Shown piece after piece: positions 26,850-35,675 of a DNA stretch of 64,000 nt. Origin of the DNA: Actinomycetota bacterium (GTDB lineage Bacteria; Actinomycetota; CADDZG01; WHSQ01); contig JACDAL010000022.1 of the NCBI GenBank assembly GCA_013695465.1, positions 451 to 64,450 of the forward strand, in the 5' to 3' direction. Each line of letters opens with the position of its first letter. Positions within the stretch are counted from its first letter, which is position 1. The position numbers were made by a program, and so were the translations under genes. The notes under the pieces are model-generated. The model was not told the origin of the DNA and did not search any database. It was given only the letters and a program-made list of their open reading frames with translations.

Positions 26850-28039
26850 CGAGGGCTCAGCAGGTCGGCGAACGAAAGCGCATAGGCCACCGCCGCCCGC
26901 TCCACCTCGTCGAGGTCGACCGACTCCCGGGCGGTGTGGGCGAGGGTGATGTCGCCGGGGCCGCAGACGATGACCTCGGCCCCCGCTGCGGCCAGGAAGC
27001 GAGCGTCCGATGCGCCCCGAAAGCCCATCAGCTCCGCGGGCAGGCCGCAGGCCTGCTCGGTCGCCCTCGCCATCGCCCGGACCACGGGAGAGCTCTCGTC
27101 CACTTCGAAGGGTTCGCCGTAGAAGGTCATCTCGACGGAGGCGTCGATGTCCTCAAAGCGAGCGCGGGCACGCTCGATCGCCTCCTCTACCGAGGCAATC
27201 ACGCTCTCCTCGGTCTCCGGAGGCACGCTGCGGCGATCGACCTCCACGGTGCAGGAGGCGGGCACAATGTTGACCTTGGCGCCTCCGGAGATGACCCCGA
27301 CGTTGATGCTTGGCCCTCCGAGGACCGGATGCGACACCTCGGGAAGCGCCGCCTCTAGCTGAAGGATGATCTCGGCCATGTGCTTGATGGCGCTCACACC
27401 GCGCTCGGGCGCGGAGCCGTGGCCCGCTCGTCCCGCGGTCGTGATCCGCATCCAACACGCTCCGCGCTGGGCGTGCACCACTCTCAGCGAGGTGGGCTCT
27501 CCAACGATGGCGTAGTCGGGGCGAAGGATGCCCTTTTCGACCAGGGCCCCGGCGCCGCAGAAACCCATCGTCTCCTCGTCCGCCACCAAGGCGAGCTCGA
27601 GCACGCCCGCAAGGGGGACCTCGGCCTCCCTGAGAACCGCCACCGCCTCCAGGGCCGCCGCCACCGGGCCCTTGGCATCGCCCGAGCCCCGTCCATGCAC
27701 GCGCCCCTCGACGATGTCCGCCGCATAGGGATCGTGTTCCCACAATGAATGCTCGCCGGCCGGGACCACGTCGATGTGAGAGCAGTAGGTGAGGGTGGGT
27801 CCCTCTTCGATCCCACGCAGCCGGGCGACTACGTTGGGCCTGTCGGCGACAGCCTCGTGGAGCTCGACCTCGAGGCCGAGCTCCTCGCAGTACGACGCCA
27901 CCACCGCCGCCGCCTCGGCCTCCTTTCCGGGAGGGTTCTCAGACGGCGTCTGCACCAGGTGGACGAGCCTCTCGATGAGCCGCTCGCGCTGCACTCCTTG
28001 TGCCGCGGACGTAAGGGTGAAGGTCATGGTCTGCGACAC
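26846..28039 (-). CDS. M20 family metallopeptidase (ArgE/DapE-like deacylase)
   Basis: SHIDVVP...GRGSGDAKG...ADEETMG...GEPT motifs. The stop overlaps the trpD start. Confidence 0.85.
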   Translation of the reverse strand: MSQTMTFTLTSAAQGVQRERLIERLVHLVQTPSENPPGKEAEAAAVVASYCEELGLEVELHEAVADRPNVVARLRGIEEGPTLTYCSHIDVVPAGEHSLWEHDPYAADIVEGRVHGRGSGDAKGPVAAALEAVAVLREAEVPLAGVLELALVADEETMGFCGAGALVEKGILRPDYAIVGEPTSLRVVHAQRGACWMRITTAGRAGHGSAPERGVSAIKHMAEIILQLEAALPEVSHPVLGGPSINVGVISGGAKVNIVPASCTVEVDRRSVPPETEESVIASVEEAIERARARFEDIDASVEMTFYGEPFEVDESSPVVRAMARATEQACGLPAELMGFRGASDARFLAAAGAEVIVCGPGDITLAHTARESVDLDEVERAAVAYALSFADLLSPR

Positions 28040-28047
28040 TTTGCCAT

Positions 28048-28260
28048 GTGACCTACCGCGTTTTTCTTGGGGTGGTGCTCGTGACTTGGCCGCTGGTAAT
28101 CGTGGGCTTGCTGTTCTTCATGGGCAAGCTCGAGAACTACGTCAACCGGCTCGACGCGGACACTCCCGAAGAAGCCGGGGTAGAACCGGTGGCCGGAAGC
28201 AGCCACGACAAAGAGGTGACGATTCTGTTCGGGGACCAGGTGGTCGGCGAACCGGACTGA
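28048..28260 (+). CDS. possible small membrane protein
   Basis: 70 aa with one hydrophobic helix (FLGVVLVTWPLVIVGLLFFMG) and high third-position GC. It starts only 8 bp from the divergent M20 start, so there is little room for a promoter. Confidence 0.3.
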   Translation: MTYRVFLGVVLVTWPLVIVGLLFFMGKLENYVNRLDADTPEEAGVEPVAGSSHDKEVTILFGDQVVGEPD

Positions 28261-28280
28261 GCTCATGGCAAGACCGTCAA

Positions 28281-28661
28281 CTACTGCAGGGCTATGCACT
28301 CGATCTCCACCCGCGCACCCTTGGGCAGCCCGCTCGCTCCGATGGCGGCGCGGGCCGGCGGGTACGATTGGAAGTAGGCGGAGTAGGCGTCGTTGAACTC
28401 GGCGAAGTCTGCGATGTCGGCCAGGTAGGCGTTGACCTTGACGACACGCTCCAGGCCCGAGCCGGCCGCTCTCAGAACCGCGGCGAGGTTGTCGAGGCAG
28501 CGCCGGGTCTGGTCTGCGACCGGGCCGTCGACCAGCTCCCCGCTGGTGGGATCGATAGGAATCTGTCCGGAGCAGAACACGAACCCATTGCCGGTCGTGG
28601 CCTGGGAATAGGCGCCCACCGCCTCCGGAGCCTCCGGTGTCGCAATGATCTCCCTTTCCAT
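28281..28661 (-). CDS. ridA: RidA/YjgF family reactive-intermediate deaminase
   Basis: APEAVGAYSQA...FCSGQIPIDP...VKVNAYLADIADFAEFN...PARAAIGASGLPKGARVEIE. Confidence 0.9.
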   Translation of the reverse strand: MEREIIATPEAPEAVGAYSQATTGNGFVFCSGQIPIDPTSGELVDGPVADQTRRCLDNLAAVLRAAGSGLERVVKVNAYLADIADFAEFNDAYSAYFQSYPPARAAIGASGLPKGARVEIECIALQ

Positions 28662-28715
28662 GAAGTCCTCCTGTCGTCGGTGATTGCAGCGCAGATGTTA
28701 ATAAGAAAGAAGGGG

Positions 28716-29888
28716 ATGTGGAGGGGGAGGGCGGGCATGCCTGAGATCGCAGACGATGCAGGCGTCACAGAAACCCAAGGGGGCGGCACCGAACCCGAGC
28801 GCGCCGTGAGAGCAGTGCTCCAGCGGGCTATGGACCTCGTCGAGGCGGATTTTGGAGCGCTCGCCGTTTTTTCTTCCACGGGTGATGTGCAGGATTTCGT
28901 GGCTCTGGGCACGGGCGCCGCCGAGATAACCCGCCCACCGGGGGAACCCGGCTCTCTCTCCACCATTCGTCTCCTTCGGTGGAGCCGCGGGGACGAGGGA
29001 GCGAACAACACCTCCGCAATGCCGGTTCCTGCCGCCGCCAATTCTTTTCTCGGGGTCCCCCTCCCGTTGGCCCAGGGAGCGGGGGTCCTCTATCTCTATT
29101 TGACTCGGAGCGGGCGCGACTCGTCCTTCACCGAGGGCGACGCGGAGGTCCTTTCGGGGCTCACAACTCTGGCGTCACTGGCGGTGAGACATGCACGGCT
29201 GCTCGAGGCCGAGCGGCTGCGTGGCGACGCCATCTCGGTGTTCGTGCACGAGCTGCGCTCCCCCCTGACCGTGATCTCAGGTATCGCCGACCTCCTCAAA
29301 CGCCCCGACAATGAGATTGCCGGCGACCTGCGGGCTGAGCTCGTCGAGATCCTGGGGCGCGAGTCGTCCCGGCTCAGGAGGCTGGTGTCGAACGTACTGG
29401 ACACCGAGACGCTGCGACGAAACTTCGGCTCGATAGAGGTGGCGCGCTGTGATCTCGTCGAGCTCGCCGGTGAGGCTGCGCTCGATGCCGGGGGCGGGGG
29501 CCGGGTGGCGGTGGCCGCGCCGGAGGAGCCAGTCACCGCACCCGTCGATCGCGACAAGATCAAGCAGGTCCTCGTCAATCTCGTGTCCAACGCTCTCAAG
29601 TTCGCCCCCGGTGCCCCCATTGAGGTGTCGGTCAGCGCGGAGGAGGCACTGACCGGAGCGCAGCGGTGGGCCGAGGTCACGGTGGAGGATTTCGGTCCGG
29701 GCATAGCGGCCCACGATCTGCCCAAGCTGTTTCACATGTTTGCGCGCGTCGGACCCCGCGACAAGCCCGGTTCGGGGCTCGGGCTCTACGCCTCCAAAGC
29801 GATTATCGAGCGCCACGGCGGGCAGATGTGGGTCGACAGCGAGCCGGGCCGAGGCTCTCGCTTCAGTTTTAGGCTGCCGCGCGACTGA
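28716..29888 (+). CDS. GAF-domain sensor histidine kinase (no adjacent response regulator)
   Basis: H-box FVHELRSPLTVISG, N-box NLVSNALKF, G-boxes EDFGPGI and GSGLGLYASKAIIERHGG. Start candidates are the ATGs at 28695, 28716 and 28737. The upstream 900 nt of the track ORF is a shadow. Confidence 0.85.
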   Translation: MWRGRAGMPEIADDAGVTETQGGGTEPERAVRAVLQRAMDLVEADFGALAVFSSTGDVQDFVALGTGAAEITRPPGEPGSLSTIRLLRWSRGDEGANNTSAMPVPAAANSFLGVPLPLAQGAGVLYLYLTRSGRDSSFTEGDAEVLSGLTTLASLAVRHARLLEAERLRGDAISVFVHELRSPLTVISGIADLLKRPDNEIAGDLRAELVEILGRESSRLRRLVSNVLDTETLRRNFGSIEVARCDLVELAGEAALDAGGGGRVAVAAPEEPVTAPVDRDKIKQVLVNLVSNALKFAPGAPIEVSVSAEEALTGAQRWAEVTVEDFGPGIAAHDLPKLFHMFARVGPRDKPGSGLGLYASKAIIERHGGQMWVDSEPGRGSRFSFRLPRD

Positions 29889-29907
29889 GTTGACTGCCAG
29901 GCAATCG

Positions 29908-29961
29908 CGTCGAGTGGTCGTTGAATGTCGGCCCCATACAGCATCTGACGACCACTCGACG
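29908..29961. other. perfect 14-bp inverted repeat (CGTCGAGTGGTCGT / ACGACCACTCGACG) with 26-nt loop
   Basis: Read directly. The arms are 29908-29921 and 29948-29961, lying between the HK stop and the 3' end of rnpB. The flanking AAAAAGAAAA is on the plus strand, which reads as a U-run upstream of the stem on the minus strand. Confidence 0.85.
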
Positions 29962-29971
29962 AAAAAGAAAA

Positions 29972-30366
29972 GGTGGGAGCCGGCCTGTAAGCCGGGTTCT
30001 GTGCCACCCCTCTCCCAAGGGGTGCGGCGACCATCCCTCTCGAACGAGCGTTGCCGCTCGCCTCTAGCGGCCTACCCGGAGGCACCCGGCGAAACCGAGA
30101 CGGACGGGCAGTCCTCACCTCCTGCTTGGCCTTGCTCCGGGCGGGGTTTGCCGAGCCGCACCGGTCGCCCGGCACGCTGGTGAGCTCTTACCTCACCGTT
30201 TCACCCTTACCCCGGCCCTGAGGCCGGGGCGGTCTATTTTCTGTGGCACTGTCCACGGGTCGCCCCGCCTGGGACTTTCCCCAGCGCCCTGCCCTGTGGA
30301 GCCCGGACTTTCCTCAGCCTCAGCGGCGTCGCCGCCGGGACCGCGGCCGCCCGGCCGACTCCCGTC
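29972..30366 (-). ncRNA. rnpB: RNase P RNA, bacterial type A
   Basis: The minus strand contains GAGGAAAGTCCGGGCTCCACAGGGCAGGG, GGGTAAGGGTGAAACGGTGAGGTAAGAGCTCACC, CCCGGAGCAAGGCCAAG and ACAGAACCCGGCTTACAGG, in the order of E. coli M1 RNA. The P1 stem GGGAGTCGGCC / GGCCGGCTCCC closes the molecule. Ends are approximate to within about 5 nt. Confidence 0.93.
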
Positions 30367-31128
30367 CCATTCTCCCAGAGAAAGCCGCATCCGCCGTGCG
30401 GCCCGATCGAGGCTTCCCAGCAGCGGCCGGCCGAGCACGACCACGAGCAGCGCGTTGCCCACGGCCGCGAAGCTGTCCCAGGCGAACGACGTGACCGCGT
30501 AGAAGGCCGCGTAGCGCTCCAGATTGGTGCCCAGCGAAGCTCCCGGCTCCCATGACAGCGGTCCCGAAGCCACCCGAAAGGGCCAGAACCACAGGTTCAT
30601 GATCGCTCCGAAGACGTATCCGGCCAGCGCCCCGTATCCCGCCAGCGCCCCGATCCTCCGAAGCCAGGGGCCGCGCCGCCACAGCAGTCCGGCTCCCGCC
30701 CCGACCCATCCGACCGCAACCATCTGGAAGGGCAGCCACGGCCCCAATCCCCCCACGAACAGACCCGAGGCGAGTGTGCCAACCGCCCCCAGCACGAAGC
30801 CGAAGCTCGGGCCTAAGGCGTTGCCTGCGGTGAGCACGATGATCCACATTGCCGAGAAGCCGGCCACGAAACCCGGCAGGCGCAGAGCCACCATGAGGCC
30901 TGCCAGGACGCCGAGGAGGGCCACCGATTTCACTCCCAAGGCGCTGCGGGAGAGCTGCGCGAACAGGACCAAACCCAGCAGGCCCACGAGCGCGCCGAGC
31001 ACCAGGGGTGCATCGACGGCATGGGGGCCGGCTCCCGCTCGGCTCGGGACCAAGAAAGGCCACAGGAAGGCTCCCAAACCCAGGAGGTTGGCGGCGAACA
31101 CGAGGAGGCCTCTCAGAGTCGTCGTCAT
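30193..31128 (-). CDS. ECF-transporter substrate-capture (S) component-like membrane protein; the 3' end of the ORF runs into rnpB
   Basis: 311-aa ORF. The first ~250 aa are about 6 hydrophobic helices. The start ATG overlaps the ATPase stop (ATGA). The last ~58 codons (Gly/Pro/Arg-rich) lie inside the rnpB gene. Confidence 0.65.
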   Translation of the reverse strand: MTTTLRGLLVFAANLLGLGAFLWPFLVPSRAGAGPHAVDAPLVLGALVGLLGLVLFAQLSRSALGVKSVALLGVLAGLMVALRLPGFVAGFSAMWIIVLTAGNALGPSFGFVLGAVGTLASGLFVGGLGPWLPFQMVAVGWVGAGAGLLWRRGPWLRRIGALAGYGALAGYVFGAIMNLWFWPFRVASGPLSWEPGASLGTNLERYAAFYAVTSFAWDSFAAVGNALLVVVLGRPLLGSLDRAARRMRLSLGEWDGSRPGGRGPGGDAAEAEESPGSTGQGAGESPRRGDPWTVPQKIDRPGLRAGVRVKR

Positions 31129-32756
31129 GCCAGAGCTGCGGCCGCTTGCTCGACAGTAAGCCAGCCGGGCCCGAGCACACGTGTCATCTGCGGAGCGAAC
31201 ACCACGGAGTCACCCAGGACCACCTCGGGCGAGCCGTCTGCGATCACCTCTTTCGAGGCAAGCATGATCACGCGCTCGGCCACTTGTGCCACGAGCTCGA
31301 CGTCGTGTGTCGCCAGCAACACGGCCCTGCCCTCATCCGAATAGATGCGGAGCAAGTTGACAAGCCTGTGCTTGGCCTCGAGGTCGAGGCCGCGCGTGGG
31401 CTCATCGAGAAGGAGCACGCCGGCACCACTCGCCGCAATCGACGCCAGCGCTACCAGCAGTCGCTCTCCGGCGGAGAGGTCGCGTGGGTGCCTGGAGGCC
31501 AGAGCGGTGATCCCCAGACGCTCGAGATGGGGGCCGGGGCCATCCCGCAAGCCCGCTGCGGCCAGGGTCACCGAGATCTCGTCTTCGACTCGGTCGCGAA
31601 AGAGAACGGAATCCGGCGCCTGAGGACAGAGGGCAACGCTACGACCGGGGACGGGCGGGGCCCCGTCCACCAGGACGCGGCCCGCCGACGGCTTCTTGAG
31701 CCCCGAGAGGCAGCGCAGCAGGGTCGTCTTACCGGCCCCGTTCCGGCCCATGAGTGCGGCGACAACTCCGGCGTGCAGCTCCAGGCTCACGTCTGTGAGC
31801 ACATCCTCTCGGTCATAGCCGGCCTCCAGCTTCGTCACCGACGCCCGCGCCTCCCCCGGCGGGCGGCTCACGGCGGCGGGGGGTTCCGGAGATGTCTGCA
31901 CATAGCGGCGCGCCTCCCTCACGCTCAGCGGCAGCGGGCGCCAGCTCAGCCGAGCGCCTAGCCGGGCGACGGGGGGGCCGAGATCGAGCACCTCCACCAC
32001 GTCGGCCGGCGGCCCCTGCACGACCTCACCCTCACCTACGCAGCCCACCACCAGGTCGGCGAAGGAGGCCACGCGCTCGAGCCGATGCTCGGCCACGACT
32101 ACGGTGAGCCCGAGGTCGTGGACGAGGCGCTGGAGCACGGCGCAGACATCTTCGGCCGCCTGGGGGTCGAGCTGGCTCGTTGGCTCGTCAAGAAGCAGGA
32201 TCCTCGGCCCCGCAGCGAGCGCGGCTGCGATCGCAACCCGCTGGCGTTCCCCGCCCGAGAGGTCTCGCACGCTGCGTCGCCGCAGACTCTCGAGAGCGAG
32301 CAGGTCGGAGACCTCCTCGAGGCGTCGGCGCATGACGAGCGGCTCGATGCCGAGATTCTCCATGCCGTAGGCCAGCTCGTCTTCGACCAGATCGACGACA
32401 AACGCGGCCCCCGGGTCCTGCGGGACGAAGCCGGCGACGTCGGCTAGGTAGCGGGGCCGGGTGTGGAGCGTGTCGCGCCCCGAAACAAGCACCCGGCCCG
32501 AGAATGAGCCCCCGCTGAAGTGGGGCACCAGCCCGTTCATCGTTCTGATCAGAGTGGATTTGCCGGAGCCGGTGGGACCTGCCACCAGAGCGAACACTCC
32601 GTCGGGGATCTCGAGACTCACCTCCCGAAGCGCGAGCCTCCCGGCCCCCGGATAGGAGAAGCTGAGGCCGTCGATTCGGATTGCGCTCGGCGGGGTCGGG
32701 ACCCGTTCTCCGGCCGCCGGCTCCTCCTGAGCCGATTTTATGGGACCCAGCGTCAA
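31125..32756 (-). CDS. fused double-NBD ABC ATPase of ECF/CbiO type (EcfA-EcfA')
   Basis: Two Walker A motifs (GPTGSGKST, GRNGAGKTT), two signature motifs (LSGGERQRV, LSAGERLLV) and two Walker B motifs (LLLDEPT twice). Confidence 0.9.
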   Translation of the reverse strand: MTLGPIKSAQEEPAAGERVPTPPSAIRIDGLSFSYPGAGRLALREVSLEIPDGVFALVAGPTGSGKSTLIRTMNGLVPHFSGGSFSGRVLVSGRDTLHTRPRYLADVAGFVPQDPGAAFVVDLVEDELAYGMENLGIEPLVMRRRLEEVSDLLALESLRRRSVRDLSGGERQRVAIAAALAAGPRILLLDEPTSQLDPQAAEDVCAVLQRLVHDLGLTVVVAEHRLERVASFADLVVGCVGEGEVVQGPPADVVEVLDLGPPVARLGARLSWRPLPLSVREARRYVQTSPEPPAAVSRPPGEARASVTKLEAGYDREDVLTDVSLELHAGVVAALMGRNGAGKTTLLRCLSGLKKPSAGRVLVDGAPPVPGRSVALCPQAPDSVLFRDRVEDEISVTLAAAGLRDGPGPHLERLGITALASRHPRDLSAGERLLVALASIAASGAGVLLLDEPTRGLDLEAKHRLVNLLRIYSDEGRAVLLATHDVELVAQVAERVIMLASKEVIADGSPEVVLGDSVVFAPQMTRVLGPGWLTVEQAAAALA

Positions 32757-33562
32757 GAAAACTCCTCGCTACGACGCTCAAAACGCGACGCCGAGGGTGG
32801 CCACAGGGCCGGGGCGCTGAATAGCAGCGCCCCGGCGACCAGGGGGCCCGTGGCTTGCGGCCACAGGAGGGGGGCCGCGGCCACCAGCAGATCGCCGGTC
32901 CCGGCGGTGGCGGCCGCGACGAAGGCGCCGGCCCCTAGGGCGCTCAGCGCCGACGTCGTCCACGACCACGCCCCGAAGCGCTGCGGGCGGTAGCGCGACC
33001 TCGGCCCCCGGCCGTGCCCGCGGGCATCCATCGACTCAGCCAGGACCAGGGCCTGCTCCATGCCGGACTCGAGCACGGGCACGCACAATGCCGGGAGCCT
33101 TGCCAGCCTGCCGCCGCCGAGCCCCCGCATTCTCTGAGCCTCGGCCACCTGCACCGCGGTGTCGGCGAAACGAGGGGCGAGGGTGAGCCCTAGCGAAGCG
33201 GCGAGTGCTACCTCCTGCAGCCGCCGGGGCGCGAGGCGCAGCAGCGCGGATGAATCAGACACCGAGTTGAAGGCGCCGTAGATGGCCAGCAGCACCGCCA
33301 CCCGCAAGCCCTCGAGCAGCGCCATCACGATGCTCCCGCCGTTAACGGGGCCGAAGACCACCAGCCCCGTGCGGAGGGCCATCGCCGCCAGGCCGGCACC
33401 GGCGAAGAAGCGAAACGACCTCACTCCCCTGCTCCGGCCACCCCACGCCGCCTGCACCGCCCACGAAGCTCCGAACAGAATCAGCAGGTAGAAAGGGTTG
33501 GTGGTGGATAGCGCCACCACGGAGGCGCCAGCGGACCACGCCACCCACGCGCCCGGATGCAT
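32753..33562 (-). CDS. ECF transporter transmembrane (T) component, CbiQ/EcfT family
   Basis: 269-aa multi-TM protein. AQRMRGL...LESGMEQALVLAESMDARG matches the conserved CbiQ C-terminal region. Starts and stops overlap on both sides. Confidence 0.85.
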   Translation of the reverse strand: MHPGAWVAWSAGASVVALSTTNPFYLLILFGASWAVQAAWGGRSRGVRSFRFFAGAGLAAMALRTGLVVFGPVNGGSIVMALLEGLRVAVLLAIYGAFNSVSDSSALLRLAPRRLQEVALAASLGLTLAPRFADTAVQVAEAQRMRGLGGGRLARLPALCVPVLESGMEQALVLAESMDARGHGRGPRSRYRPQRFGAWSWTTSALSALGAGAFVAAATAGTGDLLVAAAPLLWPQATGPLVAGALLFSAPALWPPSASRFERRSEEFS

Positions 33563-34464
33563 TAGCGCGGCCTCCTGTTTGATCGCTCGGTAGCCCCTCG
33601 GCTTGATCGCTCGGTAGCCCCTCGGCGCCGTCTCCGCGCGCTCCCGAGCACCCCCACCACCAGGGCACCCACCAATCCGGCGAGACCCGCCACCGGTGGG
33701 CCGCCGTTTCTCTCGGCGCCGACCTGCGGTTTCCGCTTCTCTTCTGGCGCTGCGGCGGTCGTGGGTGTGCGCCCCGCTTCCTGTTCGGGAAGGCGCGGTC
33801 GCGGGGCGGCCGGGCGATCGCTTTCATGAGAACGCCGCGGCGGCTCCCGAGCAGGCAGAGAGCCTTGCGGGCTCGGGGCAGGAGAAGGTGAGGGGTCGGG
33901 AGCGGGAGTGGGACTGGGAGTCGGAGTGGGACTCGCTGAGGGTTCGGGGCTCGGAGAGGGGCTCGGCACCGAGGCCGTGGCGCACACTGCATCAAGAGGC
34001 GTGACCGGCGGAGCCGGGTGATCCGCGGCGCCCTCGCCCGAGCCCCACGACCACCCCTCCACATCACCGTCCTCGACTACGGTCGAACCCGCCCCGATCG
34101 ACGACCAGCTCCACCGCCCGCTCGAGCTGCCTCTGAAATAGCCCCAGAAAAGGGGATCTTCGGCGAAGCAGTCCCCTCCGGTGGGCCCCACGCCTGCGAG
34201 CATGCACACCGCCTGACCCCCGTAGCCGAGCTCGTAAACGAGCCCGTGTTGACGCGCCGCTAGCTCGAGGAGGTGGATTCCAGAGACCGCCTCCGAGTCG
34301 AGCGTCACGCAGTAACGCTCGGTCGTGGGCCCGCCGTCGATCACCAGAACGGCCCGCGCCGTGGCGCTCGCGCACGCGGCCGGCGTTGCCGCCGCCTGCG
34401 GAGCAAGAAGAGCACCTGCCAGACCGAGGCCGCAGAGGGCCCGGCCGAGTCTCACGCGCCGCAT
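33562..34464 (-). CDS. secreted/anchored DUF4430-like (transcobalamin C-terminal-domain-like) protein with Pro/Ser-rich linker and C-terminal TM anchor
   Basis: The start is set at the ATG at 34464. Signal peptide MRRVRLGRALCGLGLAGALLAPQAAA. Core VLVIDGGP...HLLELAARQHG...FWGYFRGSSSGRWSWSSIGAGSTVVEDGDVEGWSW. Linker SPSPSPEPSASPTPTPSPTPAPDPSPSP. Anchor VAGLAGLVGALVVGVLGSARRRRR. Confidence 0.65.
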   Translation of the reverse strand: MRRVRLGRALCGLGLAGALLAPQAAATPAACASATARAVLVIDGGPTTERYCVTLDSEAVSGIHLLELAARQHGLVYELGYGGQAVCMLAGVGPTGGDCFAEDPLFWGYFRGSSSGRWSWSSIGAGSTVVEDGDVEGWSWGSGEGAADHPAPPVTPLDAVCATASVPSPSPSPEPSASPTPTPSPTPAPDPSPSPAPSPQGSLPAREPPRRSHESDRPAAPRPRLPEQEAGRTPTTAAAPEEKRKPQVGAERNGGPPVAGLAGLVGALVVGVLGSARRRRRGATERSSRGATERSNRRPR

Positions 34465-35588
34465 CTCCGGCGCGGCGGCGCAGGTTCGCCATTCCTGGCC
34501 GGATCCAGGGGCAGGGGATGGCCCAATAGGCCCAGTACGGCTCCAACCGTCGCCCCTATCACGCTCGGTCCGCCGAGCTCGTCCTCGCGCGCCGCTTCGG
34601 CACGTGAGGGCACCCGGCGGAACTCCCCCGAGATGCTCATCCACGTGTAGGCGAAGGCCCCCGTGAGCTCGCCGCAAGCCCCGTAGGCGAGGCCCCGAAG
34701 AGCCCGCCGTCCGTTCGGGGGAGGAGCCTTGTCGACGGCCGCATAGGCCTGGAGCACCAAAGCGGTCGAATTGGCGTCGGTGTAGGCCCGGCTCCCGAAT
34801 GCGCTGCGCTGATGGCTGTAACGCCATCCGCCGCGAACGTGGTCGCGGGCGGACCTGAAGTAGGCAATTGAGGCGCTGGCCCGGAACCCGGCGGGCTGAA
34901 TCTTTGAGCGAACAGGCGCGGAGACTAGAGCTGCCTTCAGCGCCTGCACCGCATAGCTGGTCGTGTTTGTGTCGGTGCGGGTGACGTCACCTGGGGAGCC
35001 GTCATCGCAGTGAAACCCGTCCCGGGAGCGCGAGGGCGCGTCGTACTGCCACCCGCGATCGGGGCAGCGAGCCTCCCTCAGCCACTCGTAGGAGGAGAGT
35101 GGCACCGCCTCAGGCACGGCGGCCAGACCCAGCATCGCCAGCGCGTGATTTAGCACCGCAGCCCTCGAGTCAGTGCCTCCATAGCGGCCCGAGTCACGCC
35201 GCTTGCGCTTGATCGCGAGCACCAGATTGCGCCCGCCGAACGAGCGCGGGTTGCGTCCTGCGGCGACTACGGCCATCACCACCTTGCCCATTAGCCCCAC
35301 GCTTCTCAGGCCTTCGGCTTTGGTTCGCAGATAGGCAATCGCGCGGGCAACGCTCTTCGGTGAGCGGCGAGCGGCACTGAGGGCGAGCATCGCGTCGGCC
35401 GTGGCGCCTACCTTAGAGAACCCCGGAACCGCGCCATTTTCGCCTTGCCGGCCCACGATGTAACGGGTGCCGCGCAAGGCGCGGGGGTCGTTGGGGCCCG
35501 CTAAAACCGGTGCCGCCAACGCCGAAGTTGCGATCAATCCGGTGATGAGAAAGAGGGCACACGGCCCTCGCCACCTCTGCGTGCCCAT
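34452..35588 (-). CDS. secreted prenyltransferase/squalene-oxidase-repeat (alpha/alpha toroid) protein
   Basis: It has a signal peptide and repeated toroid-type motifs (GENGAVPGF, RYGGTDSRAAVLNHALAMLGL, DRGWQYD, TNTTSYAVQALKAA, RGGWRYS, DANSTALVLQAYAA). The stop overlaps the next gene by 13 nt. Confidence 0.65.
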   Translation of the reverse strand: MGTQRWRGPCALFLITGLIATSALAAPVLAGPNDPRALRGTRYIVGRQGENGAVPGFSKVGATADAMLALSAARRSPKSVARAIAYLRTKAEGLRSVGLMGKVVMAVVAAGRNPRSFGGRNLVLAIKRKRRDSGRYGGTDSRAAVLNHALAMLGLAAVPEAVPLSSYEWLREARCPDRGWQYDAPSRSRDGFHCDDGSPGDVTRTDTNTTSYAVQALKAALVSAPVRSKIQPAGFRASASIAYFRSARDHVRGGWRYSHQRSAFGSRAYTDANSTALVLQAYAAVDKAPPPNGRRALRGLAYGACGELTGAFAYTWMSISGEFRRVPSRAEAAREDELGGPSVIGATVGAVLGLLGHPLPLDPARNGEPAPPRRRCGA

Positions 35589-35675
35589 GACAGCTCCTTT
35601 CGCCGGTCCTCGCCGGGTTCACGTGATACCCCTGAGCCACATTCACGAGGCCGCCAGGTCGGCGGCGTCGCGACG

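Noticed and set aside
29908-29961. Intrinsic terminator call
   Set aside because: On neither strand is the stem followed by a U-tract, and the loop is 26 nt. It is listed as an inverted repeat only.
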